A stretch of 64,000 nt of DNA from an uncultured Planctomycetia bacterium (GCA_964478015.1 CAYZGM010000001.1:2981-66980); one strand, 5' to 3'. Counted from the first letter of the stretch, positions 9,616 to 17,516 are shown. Notes: a model not told the origin generated them from the sequence alone. Program-made: numbers and translations.

Positions 9616-9986
9616 TAAACCTTACGAGTCAGCCGGCTTTCAATGAATCTGACCAGGATTTCGCGGTCCTGATCCGATATTTTGGAAAAATAAAGGGCGA
9701 GAAAGTAATCGTCGGACGAGGGGTCTTTTTCGCGTCGCACCACCACTGCTTTCATGCGCAGGGTTTTGCCGTGCTTCGCATTCTTGTCCACTGGCGGGAG
9801 CATCAGCGCAAGCGCCACCTGCGTCATCAGAGGAATATTTTTATCCACCAGACACAATGCCCCATGTTCGCTGATGTTGACTGTCCGCGCCCGGGCCTCA
9901 TAATTCTGGTGGCCTATCTTAAAGGGCAGCTCCTCGTCAACTCGGACCGAGCGCCGCCGATCTAAGATCGGTTTTGGGGTTCTCAT
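9615..9986 (-). CDS. PilZ domain protein (c-di-GMP receptor)
   Basis: RRRSVR (RxxxR) and NISEHGA (D/NxSxxG) motifs in correct spacing; start taken at internal MRTPKPIL, overlapping the upstream gene stop by 4 nt. Confidence 0.7.
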   Translation of the reverse strand: MRTPKPILDRRRSVRVDEELPFKIGHQNYEARARTVNISEHGALCLVDKNIPLMTQVALALMLPPVDKNAKHGKTLRMKAVVVRREKDPSSDDYFLALYFSKISDQDREILVRFIESRLTRKV

Positions 9987-10267
9987 TCCGCTGTGGCAGC
10001 GGGCGCGGACTGGGCTTGGGCCGCTTTCGCCGCCGCCTCTTCCTGGGCTTTCTTGGTCTTCGCGGCTTCCTGCGTGACATATAGCTGAAAGCACTGTTTG
10101 TTAGCGAAATATTTTCCATCACGATAGTACCAGTCCTTACGGCGAATACGCTTGTTGGACTGCGCGCAGTTGGTGGGACGCGATTTTTTCTTTTTGAGTT
10201 TTTTTAAAGGCGTCTCAGCAGATTCTGTCTTGGCTGCAGCGGACTTTGTTTCTTCTACCATGATCAT
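9983..10267 (-). CDS. Small basic Lys/Ala-rich protein of unknown function (about 94 aa)
   Basis: MIMVEETKSAAAKTESAETPLKKLKKKKSRPTNCAQSNKRIRRKDWYYRDGKYFANKQCF... with a GGAG SD 5-8 nt upstream of the ATG at 10267; embedded between two PilZ genes. Confidence 0.4.
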   Translation of the reverse strand: MIMVEETKSAAAKTESAETPLKKLKKKKSRPTNCAQSNKRIRRKDWYYRDGKYFANKQCFQLYVTQEAAKTKKAQEEAAAKAAQAQSAPAATAE

Positions 10268-10373
10268 TGCTCCATTTTTTTTGATTTGATTTTCTTCCTG
10301 ACCTATCTTAAACGCTGGGCGCTTAAAATCAAGACTAATCTTGGGGGTGATCCCGGGGGTCAAACGATCGGAC

Positions 10374-10754
10374 CTAGGCTTGAGCTTGTTTCTTGTTCGT
10401 CCTCAACCATTCACGGTAAACATACTCGAGAACACGCGTTCGATCGTGCAGGCTGATTTTTGTAAGACGTATTCCCGCCTCGAGCCCGTCAGCCCAAGCG
10501 ACTTTTCCTGTGGCAAAGACGGGTAGGTTGTCTCCCGGAACATTCATGCAGACTTCGATGGGAGTTCCGGAAGCGACGGTTTCTTTGAAGCCAACACGCA
10601 TCCCCTCCCGGCTCAAGTCTTTCGCCAGCGTTTTCCCAAATATGGGATTCAGCGTCAGCGTACGAAATTCCAAATCGAGCGGCGCATTGAAGCGCATGAA
10701 TTTACGTCTTTCAGTGGCGGTGAGGTTGGGTCGTGATCCCGAATCGTCAGTCAT
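10374..10754 (-). CDS. PilZ domain protein (c-di-GMP receptor), second copy
   Basis: RRKFMR (RxxxR) and DLSREGM (DxSxxG) motifs; start overlaps the HTH gene stop by 8 nt. Confidence 0.7.
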   Translation of the reverse strand: MTDDSGSRPNLTATERRKFMRFNAPLDLEFRTLTLNPIFGKTLAKDLSREGMRVGFKETVASGTPIEVCMNVPGDNLPVFATGKVAWADGLEAGIRLTKISLHDRTRVLEYVYREWLRTNKKQAQA

Positions 10755-10947
10755 TTTTAAAGTAACGGATTAGGTCGCTTTTTAGGAAGCGGTAATTGTC
10801 CCCCACCTTGCGGCCCGGGATTTTTTTAGATTTGACGAGTTTGTACAGCGTTTGCCGACTAATGCTAAGAAACTGGCAGGCGTTTTCCGTTGTCAACGCC
10901 TTATCAACGCTCTCGAGCTCGGCTTCCTGTAAATTATTTTTATTCAT
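10747..10947 (-). CDS. Excisionase-family helix-turn-helix DNA-binding protein (MerR-like HTH_17)
   Basis: LTTENACQFLSISRQTLYKLVKSKKIPGRKVGDNYRF is a typical excisionase/HTH_17 signature; GGGAGAG SD 7 nt upstream of the ATG at 10947; a putative promoter places the TSS downstream of the longer ORF-track start. Confidence 0.6.
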   Translation of the reverse strand: MNKNNLQEAELESVDKALTTENACQFLSISRQTLYKLVKSKKIPGRKVGDNYRFLKSDLIRYFKND

Positions 10948-10997
10948 CGCATCTCTCCCTGCCTTGGAGGTAAGAGCCTCAATCAAAACGGACATTT

Positions 10998-11026
10998 ATT
11001 AAAACAATTCAGTCTGTTTATGTCAA
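10998..11026 (-). promoter_or_regulatory. Putative sigma70 promoter of the HTH-PilZ-patatin operon (-35 TTGACA, 17 bp spacer, -10 TTTAAT)
   Basis: Minus-strand reading: TTGACA (11026-11021), 17 nt, TTTAAT (11003-10998). Confidence 0.35.
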
Positions 11027-11073
11027 GTAAATAATAAGTAAGTTAAAACTGGTTAAACCCTAGGTGGGTCCTG

Positions 11074-11104
11074 GGAATAAAAAAGCCGGGCTTTCGTGCC
11101 CGGC
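11074..11104 (-). terminator. Rho-independent terminator downstream of the TIGR04073-like gene
   Basis: Perfect 7 bp stem GCCGGGC/GCCCGGC (11085-11104) with a 6 nt loop, followed on the minus strand by a T-run (plus strand aataaaaaa at 11076-11084). Confidence 0.5.
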
Positions 11105-11129
11105 TCTCACAAAAAAACCAGCGGATTAC

Positions 11130-11453
11130 TTAAAACACGTATTCCGGCTCTAGGATGGGACGGTAATTCTCAGGCAGCGGGAATGGGAAAGTCGCGATTT
11201 CATAGATACCGGCACCCGTTCTAACCACGGTCATTCCGGCGCCCTTTGCCAAGCCCAGCGTCATTCCGGTGAATGCATTGTCTTCGACGCTCATATTGTA
11301 AATATTCTTGGGAAGCTCCACCCAACCCGTCAAGGTGTTTGCCACTCCGCGACCCAATTTTGTGAAAGCATCCTGAGCAAAGCAAACAGTTGTTGTCATC
11401 AGGATGAGCATTGCCACGTGCGCTGCCACCCCCTGCCAAAATTTCTTTGTCAT
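11130..11453 (-). CDS. Exosortase-system-associated small secreted protein (TIGR04073-like)
   Basis: About 107 aa with a signal peptide (AAHVAMLILMTTTVCFAQDA) then KLGRGVANTLTGWVELPKNIY and a Gly-rich C-terminal half; this matches my recollection of the TIGR04073 family, which I could not confirm without a search. Confidence 0.55.
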   Translation of the reverse strand: MTKKFWQGVAAHVAMLILMTTTVCFAQDAFTKLGRGVANTLTGWVELPKNIYNMSVEDNAFTGMTLGLAKGAGMTVVRTGAGIYEIATFPFPLPENYRPILEPEYVF

Positions 11454-11479
11454 GCCGACGCCTCCTTAGACCATAAAAT

Positions 11480-11508
11480 CATCGCGCTTAGTATACCTAA
11501 CACAAAGG
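11480..11508 (-). promoter_or_regulatory. Near-consensus sigma70 promoter for the TIGR04073-like gene (-35 TTGACA, 17 bp, -10 TATACT) with an AGGAGG RBS downstream
   Basis: Minus-strand reading: TTGACA (11508-11503), 17 nt spacer, TATACT (11485-11480), then AGGAGG 7 nt before the ATG at 11453. Confidence 0.45.
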
Positions 11509-11590
11509 GTTATGTCAAATTTAATTTGCAAAAATGCATAAAAAATCTTTGTGTTCCCCTGATAACATTGTTAGAATCCTGGGGATAGCT

Positions 11591-12406
11591 ATGTATGAGT
11601 CATTCTACGCGCTAAGGCAGAAGCCTTTTTCGGTCACGAGCAACCCGTCGTTCCTTTTTTTAAGTGAACGCCACAGGGAGGCCTTGGCTCATCTGACCTA
11701 CGGGATCAGGGAGCGCGTGGGCTTCATCGAGATCACCGGCGAGGTTGGGACTGGAAAAACGACGATTTGCCGTACGCTTTTGAATCAGCTAGACGAGAAG
11801 ACAAAGACCGCGTTTATCTTCAACTCCAATTTATCGGAGCTTCAGCTGATGCAGACGATCATTGAGGATTTCGGCATTAAAACGGCTCAGAGAAGTAAGA
11901 GCGCCCTTTTTTTTGAGCTCAATCGTTTTCTGATTGAGCAGCTGGCTCTAGAAAACAACGTTGTCCTCATCATTGATGAGGCCCAAAACCTAAGCCTGAA
12001 GCTGTTGGAGCAGGTACGCATGCTGTCGAATCTTGAATCGGAAAATGAGAAGTTGCTCCAAATCGTGCTGGTGGGTCAGCCGGAACTGCGCGACAAGCTG
12101 AACTCGCCATCCCTGCGGCAGTTGCGCCAGAGGATTGCGGTGCGTTACCATATTGAGGCTTTGAGCAAGGAGGAAGTGCCTCTCTACATTGGCCATCGCC
12201 TGGGGTTGGCGGGCGCGAACGGCGCTTCGCCCATCTTTGACGCCGAGGCAATCGAGGAGATCTACCGGTATTCCAAGGGGATTCCAAGACTAATCAACAT
12301 GGTTTGCAACAAAGCGCTTTTAACCGGGTTTGTCCGGGAGGAGCGCCTTATTTCAGAGGAGATCATCAAACGGTCGATCCGCGAACTGGAAGGAAACTTC
12401 ACATGA
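11591..12406 (+). CDS. ExeA/GspA-like AAA ATPase (PEP-CTERM-locus type secretion ATPase, TIGR03015-like)
   Basis: TGEVGTGKTTICRTLL Walker A, VVLIIDEAQNL Walker B, ExeA-like N-terminus YALRQKPF; start chosen at MYESF with a GGGGA SD 6 nt upstream. Confidence 0.8.
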   Translation: MYESFYALRQKPFSVTSNPSFLFLSERHREALAHLTYGIRERVGFIEITGEVGTGKTTICRTLLNQLDEKTKTAFIFNSNLSELQLMQTIIEDFGIKTAQRSKSALFFELNRFLIEQLALENNVVLIIDEAQNLSLKLLEQVRMLSNLESENEKLLQIVLVGQPELRDKLNSPSLRQLRQRIAVRYHIEALSKEEVPLYIGHRLGLAGANGASPIFDAEAIEEIYRYSKGIPRLINMVCNKALLTGFVREERLISEEIIKRSIRELEGNFT

Positions 12407-12972
12407 GCATTATCAATGAGGCATTGAAAAAAGCTGGTCAACCGATTATCCACCAAGCGGACGAAAAGAAGTCCGGGGCGTCCTTGCGTCCGCAGATCGA
12501 GCGTCAGCAACAGAGACCGCGCTCCCATTGGGGGCCATTTTTCATCGTGGGCGTGGTGGCGCTGATCACGGGCCCAATCTTGGTGCCCCTGTTTCACGGA
12601 GCGTCACAAAAAAATAGAACCGGGGACACGGCGCAATCGGCGCGATTGGCGTCGATGGGCGAGGCAGTTTCTGGGAGTTTTTCGCTGGGTCAGGAGAATT
12701 CAAGCGCCTTGGCGCAATTTGCCATTGAAGAAACGCCAACCCCGCCGTCTCCACCCCCCGCGTGGGCTGGTTTCGGTTCAAAAAAAAGTTCCGCCTCCAA
12801 ATTTGATTTGAGCGGCATCGTTTACTCGGAAAGCGATTCCTATTGCCTGCTCAACGGAAAGGTTTTGAAAGTCGGCGAGAAAATCGGCGGCGCAACTTTA
12901 GTGCAGATCTTGCCGAACCAAGTTACGCTGGATTACCTTGGGGAGAAGATCATGATCTCCGCCTCTTCCTGA
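12403..12972 (+). CDS. GspB/ExeB-like membrane protein (N-terminal cytoplasmic tail, one TM, Pro-rich linker, C-terminal T2SS-B-like domain)
   Basis: TM segment WGPFFIVGVVALITGPILVPLF; C-terminal LSGIVYSESDSYCLLNGKVLKVGEKIGGATLVQILPNQVTLDYLGEKI resembles the GspB C-domain; ATGA overlap with the ATPase gene. Confidence 0.6.
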   Translation: MSIINEALKKAGQPIIHQADEKKSGASLRPQIERQQQRPRSHWGPFFIVGVVALITGPILVPLFHGASQKNRTGDTAQSARLASMGEAVSGSFSLGQENSSALAQFAIEETPTPPSPPPAWAGFGSKKSSASKFDLSGIVYSESDSYCLLNGKVLKVGEKIGGATLVQILPNQVTLDYLGEKIMISASS

Positions 12973-12985
12973 GAGGGTTTGGGAC

Positions 12986-14107
12986 TCAGCCTTTTCTTTT
13001 TTCGAGCGCTCCTAAAATTACCGCAGCCGGAACATCCGACACGACTACAACTTTCCCCGTTCTTACGGGAAGGACAAAGCGGTTCTTTTTTTGAATAGAT
13101 TTTTTATCATAGTGGATAGACTTGAGAATGTTTTCGGTTGAAAGGCCCTTGAAGTAAAGCGGCAGGTTAAACTTCATCAAGACTTTTTCCAGCCTCTGCG
13201 TGAGACCGGCATCTTTGAGCACCCCTAGCTCCCGCGAGATATCGCAGGCCACCAGCATCCCTATGCCCACCGCTTCCCCGTGCGTGTAGGCTCTTGAATA
13301 TGCCGACACGGTTTCGATCGCATGTCCGGCCGTGTGGCCAAAATTAAGAATGATTCGGGTCCCCGTTTTGTCCAATTCATCGGCTTCGACCACGTCAGAT
13401 TTGATTTTGGCGCAGCGCTCGATCACATTTTCAAGGCGGGTTTCATCTTTGCGGAGAGCCTCAAGTCCCAAGGATTCCAGAAGTTCAAAAAGTGTCGCGT
13501 CCTTGATCACCCCATACTTGATGATCTCCGCAAAACCATCGCTCCAGACCCGGTCCGGCAGGCTTGAGAGCATGGTGATGTCACTTAGCACGAGGGACGG
13601 CTGGTAAATGCTTCCGAGGAGATTTTTCCCCTCCGGCAGGTCCACACCCGTTTTTCCGCCGATGGCGGAGTCCACCTGTGCGGTGAGGGTCGTTGGAACC
13701 TGAACGTAGGGAATTCCGCGACGGTACGTCGCCGCTGCGAAACCGGTCAGATCCCCAACAACTCCTCCGCCAAGAGCCAGCAAAGCCAAGGGCCTGCCCT
13801 TTCCATCCCTGGCTGCTAGGAATTTGATAAGGCGTGACCAAACCGCCTGGGTTTTGGTGGCCTCAGAGCTTTTTGCTTGGGGCATTAAGAACAGAGCTTG
13901 GTCAAGAGCTTCTCTGGAAAGAGCGCTGTGGATGGCCTGCCCGTAGTACACCCAAATGGGCTTTTGCGACACGACGACGAGCGTGTGGTTTGAAAAACCG
14001 GCTTGTTTGAGGTGGGCGCCCAATCGTGTCAACAGCCTGGGCCCAATGAGTATTTTGTAGGCTCTGTCTTTCAGGCGGACGCGGACAGATCTCATCCGAT
14101 AGGACAC
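12986..14107 (-). CDS. aroB: 3-dehydroquinate synthase
   Basis: GGGVVGDLTGFAAATYRRGIPYVQVPTTLTAQVDSAIGGKTGV nucleotide/metal-binding motifs of AroB. Confidence 0.9.
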   Translation of the reverse strand: MSYRMRSVRVRLKDRAYKILIGPRLLTRLGAHLKQAGFSNHTLVVVSQKPIWVYYGQAIHSALSREALDQALFLMPQAKSSEATKTQAVWSRLIKFLAARDGKGRPLALLALGGGVVGDLTGFAAATYRRGIPYVQVPTTLTAQVDSAIGGKTGVDLPEGKNLLGSIYQPSLVLSDITMLSSLPDRVWSDGFAEIIKYGVIKDATLFELLESLGLEALRKDETRLENVIERCAKIKSDVVEADELDKTGTRIILNFGHTAGHAIETVSAYSRAYTHGEAVGIGMLVACDISRELGVLKDAGLTQRLEKVLMKFNLPLYFKGLSTENILKSIHYDKKSIQKKNRFVLPVRTGKVVVVSDVPAAVILGALEKRKG

Positions 14108-14418
14108 CCTGCAGAAATTTCTTTATCCAGGGTGAGCAAAGTCAATTTGTCGCCATCCTTAGCCGCCAAAAGCATCCCCTGGGATTCCACGCCGCGAATA
14201 ATGCTGGGAACAAGATTCGTAACAACAACCACCATTTTTCCGAGCAATTCCTCTCGGGAGTAGAACTTCTTGATGCCTGCAACCACGGTCTTTTTTTCTG
14301 CACCCAGATCTATGTCAACTCGCCACAGGCGGTCCGCTCCGGGGATCTCCTGGGCATCCAGGATCTTGGCCGCTCGAAGCTGAGTCTTCTTGAAATCTTC
14401 GAGGGTCAGATCGCTCAT
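14092..14418 (-). CDS. tRNA-binding domain protein (CsaA / Trbp111 / MetRS C-domain-like)
   Basis: LRAAKILDAQEIPGADRLWRVDIDLGAEKKTVVAGI ... VVVVTNLVPSIIRGVESQGMLLAA OB-fold tRNA-binding domain signature. Confidence 0.8.
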   Translation of the reverse strand: MSDLTLEDFKKTQLRAAKILDAQEIPGADRLWRVDIDLGAEKKTVVAGIKKFYSREELLGKMVVVVTNLVPSIIRGVESQGMLLAAKDGDKLTLLTLDKEISAGCPIG

Positions 14419-14723
14419 TTCTTATCAGATTTTCCGGCTGCGCCTTTTCCGCCGGGAGCTGCTGAGCCCTTGGCGGCAACGGGAGCTGCCGTTGTCGCGT
14501 CCGCTTTTGCCGGAGCTCCCGCACCCGCTGCCCCCGCTTCAGCCACCGCTTTTTCCTTCTTAACCTTGATACGCTGCATCTTTACCTTTGGGATGCCAAG
14601 AACCGAAATGCTCTCGCCCCACAGACTTTTATCTTTCAAAACTTTCAAACGCTCATAGCGTTTAAGCACCGAACGATGCTTCTTGCCTTTTCCTCCCGCG
14701 CGCAAACTCGAATGTATCGACAT
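14415..14723 (-). CDS. Small basic protein with an Ala/Gly/Lys-rich low-complexity tail (histone-H1-like composition); coding status uncertain
   Basis: MSIHSSLRAGGKGKKHRSVLKRYERLKVLKDKS ... AEAGAAGAGAPAKADATTAAPVAAKGSAAPGGKGAAGKSDKK; no family motif recognised. Confidence 0.3.
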   Translation of the reverse strand: MSIHSSLRAGGKGKKHRSVLKRYERLKVLKDKSLWGESISVLGIPKVKMQRIKVKKEKAVAEAGAAGAGAPAKADATTAAPVAAKGSAAPGGKGAAGKSDKK

Positions 14724-14767
14724 TCCTCGCCCTCCTCGATTTCGTTGAAGCCGGGTATTCTACCATA

Positions 14768-15361
14768 TTACCGTCGGCGCAGAAAACAATCCTTGTATTT
14801 GCTCGAAAAGCGCGCCTGATCCTTTTTCGCCTCCTCCTTAGAGGCGTATTGTCCGGCGCATACCTGAAAATACTCACCGCTGGGAATGATCGAACTGGTA
14901 AAACCCATTTGTTGGAGGGCCGCCATCTCTGCCTCTGCGAGCGATTTCTTGCGGTGGGTCACCAGCTGGATCGTATAAGGTTTTGCGGACGCTTCCACGG
15001 CTGCCGGTCCCGGGTTTTGGGCCCGTTCCGGTGCCATGGAAATGGTCGGGGAAACTGCCGGTGTTGTCTGCGATCTCTTCTGGTGGGTTTCGATCGTTGG
15101 GGCGGCTGGGCTCGCTTGGATGGTCCGGGATGAGGTTAGGGCAGACCGCACAATAGATTTGCCGCGCAGGACACCCAAGAAAAATACTCCGCAAAGAAGC
15201 AGAATCACGAGAATGCCGCCCATCAACAACTGCTCTGTGTTGGTGCTCAGCAGAATCGGTTTTTGCGACCGCGGCAGGCCCGGAAAACGCTCCGCTTTTT
15301 TTGGCTCTTGCGAAAACTGCTCAAAAAGTTCTTGCTGGGTCTCTTTCGACTTTGGATCCAT
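14768..15361 (-). CDS. SPOR domain protein (peptidoglycan-binding, cell-division associated), single TM
   Basis: TM segment LLMGGILVILLLCGVFFLGVL; C-terminal YTIQLVTHRKKSLAEAEMAALQQMGFTSSIIPSGEYFQVCAGQYASKEEAKK fits the SPOR fold pattern. Confidence 0.7.
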   Translation of the reverse strand: MDPKSKETQQELFEQFSQEPKKAERFPGLPRSQKPILLSTNTEQLLMGGILVILLLCGVFFLGVLRGKSIVRSALTSSRTIQASPAAPTIETHQKRSQTTPAVSPTISMAPERAQNPGPAAVEASAKPYTIQLVTHRKKSLAEAEMAALQQMGFTSSIIPSGEYFQVCAGQYASKEEAKKDQARFSSKYKDCFLRRR

Positions 15362-15413
15362 CTACCATTCTTTCTACGTGTTAAATTAAAAGTGAGGATT
15401 CCGTAGTATACAA

Positions 15414-16001
15414 TTACTGCCAGCTCGCTTCAAGCATTCGGCCGGAAGCTCCGTACAACACCCAGCGCCCTCCGCTGGAAGATATCTTTGCAACGCGAGT
15501 GCCGTCGCCAAATTTTGGAAAACGCCTGTCGACCAATTTTGAGAATGGCTCTAGCGAATTTTCCGGAACGCATAGCCGCAAGAAAATCTTTTGGATTTTT
15601 CCGTTTTTCAAAGAAAATCCCGCGCGCAGCGCCGCCTCTCCGATCCTGCCATCAAGCAACCGCACGCTCCACCCTCCCCGCTTCGGGAGCCACACCCAGC
15701 GAGAATCCTGCAACTCCAAGCGCTCCGTTCCGTTGAAATTTTTAAATATTTGGTTCAAAGAAAAAAGCTGTGTCTTAGACATCTTCCCGAGGGTTATTTT
15801 TTTTATTGAGAATTCGGCGCCAAAAAGAAAGAATTTCGTGTGAATTCCCTGAATTTGAATGGGGTGGCCTGCCATGCGCGCGCATTGGATCGATAACCCT
15901 CGATCTACCAAGGGGTTAGGGAATAAGATCAGGGCGAGTAAAAATGCAGACGCACCGGCAAGGATCGTCATCACAGGTCGGAGGAGCCGACGTTTATGCA
16001 C
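15414..16001 (-). CDS. Hypothetical membrane-anchored protein; start overlaps the stop of the GAF/HD-GYP gene
   Basis: N-terminal hydrophobic anchor VMTILAGASAFLLALILF; no recognisable domain; 8 nt overlap with the upstream gene suggests co-translation. Confidence 0.4.
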   Translation of the reverse strand: MHKRRLLRPVMTILAGASAFLLALILFPNPLVDRGLSIQCARMAGHPIQIQGIHTKFFLFGAEFSIKKITLGKMSKTQLFSLNQIFKNFNGTERLELQDSRWVWLPKRGGWSVRLLDGRIGEAALRAGFSLKNGKIQKIFLRLCVPENSLEPFSKLVDRRFPKFGDGTRVAKISSSGGRWVLYGASGRMLEASWQ

Positions 16002-17172
16002 GCGGCGTTCGCCTCAGTCTCTTATAAAGGCTTTCTTTTTTAACGATGCGAATAAAGGCGTCCACGACTTTCGGATCAAACTGGGATCCACTGTTTCTTT
16101 CAAGCTCCGTCAAAGCCTGAGCCTGCGTCAATTGGCCGCGATAAGGCCGGCCTATGATGATCGCCTCGAAAGCATTCATCACAGACAGAATGCGCGCCCC
16201 GATCGGAATTGCATCGCCGGCCAGCCCCTCCGGATAACCTGTGCCGTCGTATTTTTCGCGGGAGTAGAGAATGATTGGGGCGACGGTTTTCAAGTTTTCA
16301 AATTTTAAGACGATCTTGGCGCCGTGAGCCGGATGATCGCGAAGGGCCCAAAACTCCTCCCGCGTCAGTTTGGAGGGTTTTCTCAGAATTTCCTCTGGGA
16401 TGCCAATCTTGGTGGTTTCTTTCAAAAGAGCCGCATAATGAAGCGCTTGTTTTTGCTCATCGGACAATCCCAGTAAGTCCGCGGTTCTTAGCGCCATATG
16501 GGCGAACATCTCTGGGGACATGACCGATTGGTTGGGCGACCTGCTCCCGAGGATGCTGGCCAGGGACTGGATGGTGCTGAGCGTAACGCGACGCTGCTCC
16601 TCATAGAGCTGGGCGTTCTTGATGGCAATCACCGCTTCTTCCGCGAGGGTGGTCAGGATCTCCAGATCAAAGTGATTAAACGCGTTTCTATCTTTTTTTC
16701 CCGAGACCGTGACGACACCGATAACATCCTCGTCAATGAGCGGGATACAAAGGGTTTTTTTTCTCAGCTGGATTTCCGCGGACTTGGCGACCCGCCCCTC
16801 CATCTTCTTTCCTAGGGAGATCGCTCTCTCTGCGGGCCCCTTTTTTGGATATCCCACAAGCGCCTTGCAGACAAGGTGGCCCTTTTTTTTGTTGCTTTTA
16901 TCAAGCAGGTAGATCGAACACCGGTTTACGCGTAAGACCTGCGCCGTCAAATAAGCAAGCCGGGATACCAGCTCATCGAGGTTTAGGGTTGAATTGATGA
17001 TGCGGTGCACCGTGTGGACGGTCGAAAGCGCGATGGCTCGCGGTCGAATGGTGGCGGAGAGGCGGTTCAACTCCTCGGATTTCCAAAAGTTTTCCAGGCA
17101 GGAATGCAATGCGTACGCAAGCGGCGCTAACGAGGCTTTTGCCGCGTCCGGGGTCGCCTTGGCAATAACCAA
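15994..17172 (-). CDS. GAF domain / degenerate HD-GYP domain protein; the ORF probably extends about 110 codons further upstream (to about 17505) with no canonical start codon
   Basis: GAF-like LCIPLIDEDVIGVVTVS; HD-GYP scaffold with GYP motif YDGTGYPEGL, but the HD dyad is replaced (AALLKETTKIG in place of LLHDIGK) and HHE is replaced by YSRE. Confidence 0.75.
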   Translation of the reverse strand: MVIAKATPDAAKASLAPLAYALHSCLENFWKSEELNRLSATIRPRAIALSTVHTVHRIINSTLNLDELVSRLAYLTAQVLRVNRCSIYLLDKSNKKKGHLVCKALVGYPKKGPAERAISLGKKMEGRVAKSAEIQLRKKTLCIPLIDEDVIGVVTVSGKKDRNAFNHFDLEILTTLAEEAVIAIKNAQLYEEQRRVTLSTIQSLASILGSRSPNQSVMSPEMFAHMALRTADLLGLSDEQKQALHYAALLKETTKIGIPEEILRKPSKLTREEFWALRDHPAHGAKIVLKFENLKTVAPIILYSREKYDGTGYPEGLAGDAIPIGARILSVMNAFEAIIIGRPYRGQLTQAQALTELERNSGSQFDPKVVDAFIRIVKKESLYKRLRRTPRA

Positions 17173-17516
17173 ATAGCCGAGAAAGCGACCTCCAAGATTA
17201 ATCGGTAGACAAAGGAGCGCCTCTTTGTGAGAAAGTTCATGGCAAAGAGCGTGTTCAGACTTGGTGACCCTGCGTTTTAGCGCGGGTGCCGCCTTGCGAA
17301 GCTCTTGTGAAAAGTGATGCGTGTGTCCATCCTGCCAGATAGCGGCGGAAACTTTTGAAGTTTGAAGCCATTGCCGTGCATTCAGTTTGAGTCTCGGCAG
17401 AAGCCACCAGACCGTTCCCGGCAGGCAAAGGCGGAACGCCTCTCTTAGCTTTTTGAGCGCAGGGTCTTTCTGAAGATTATCGAACAGCTCTTTTTCGCCA
17501 GCGATGGTCTGCCTCC

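Noticed and set aside
10268-10373. Possible palindromic operator (ggggg tgatc ccggggg) in the 105 nt gap between the second PilZ gene and the basic-protein gene
   Set aside because: The two arms are not true reverse complements; only the short CCCGGG core is palindromic. Not enough to call a regulatory site.
14415-14723. Considered calling this ORF ribosomal protein S20 because of KHRSVLKRYERLK resembling the S20 N-terminal basic helix
   Set aside because: S20 is all-helical with a conserved N-terminal NIKSA/KR pattern and no AK-rich tail; the overall alignment does not hold. Kept as a hypothetical basic protein.
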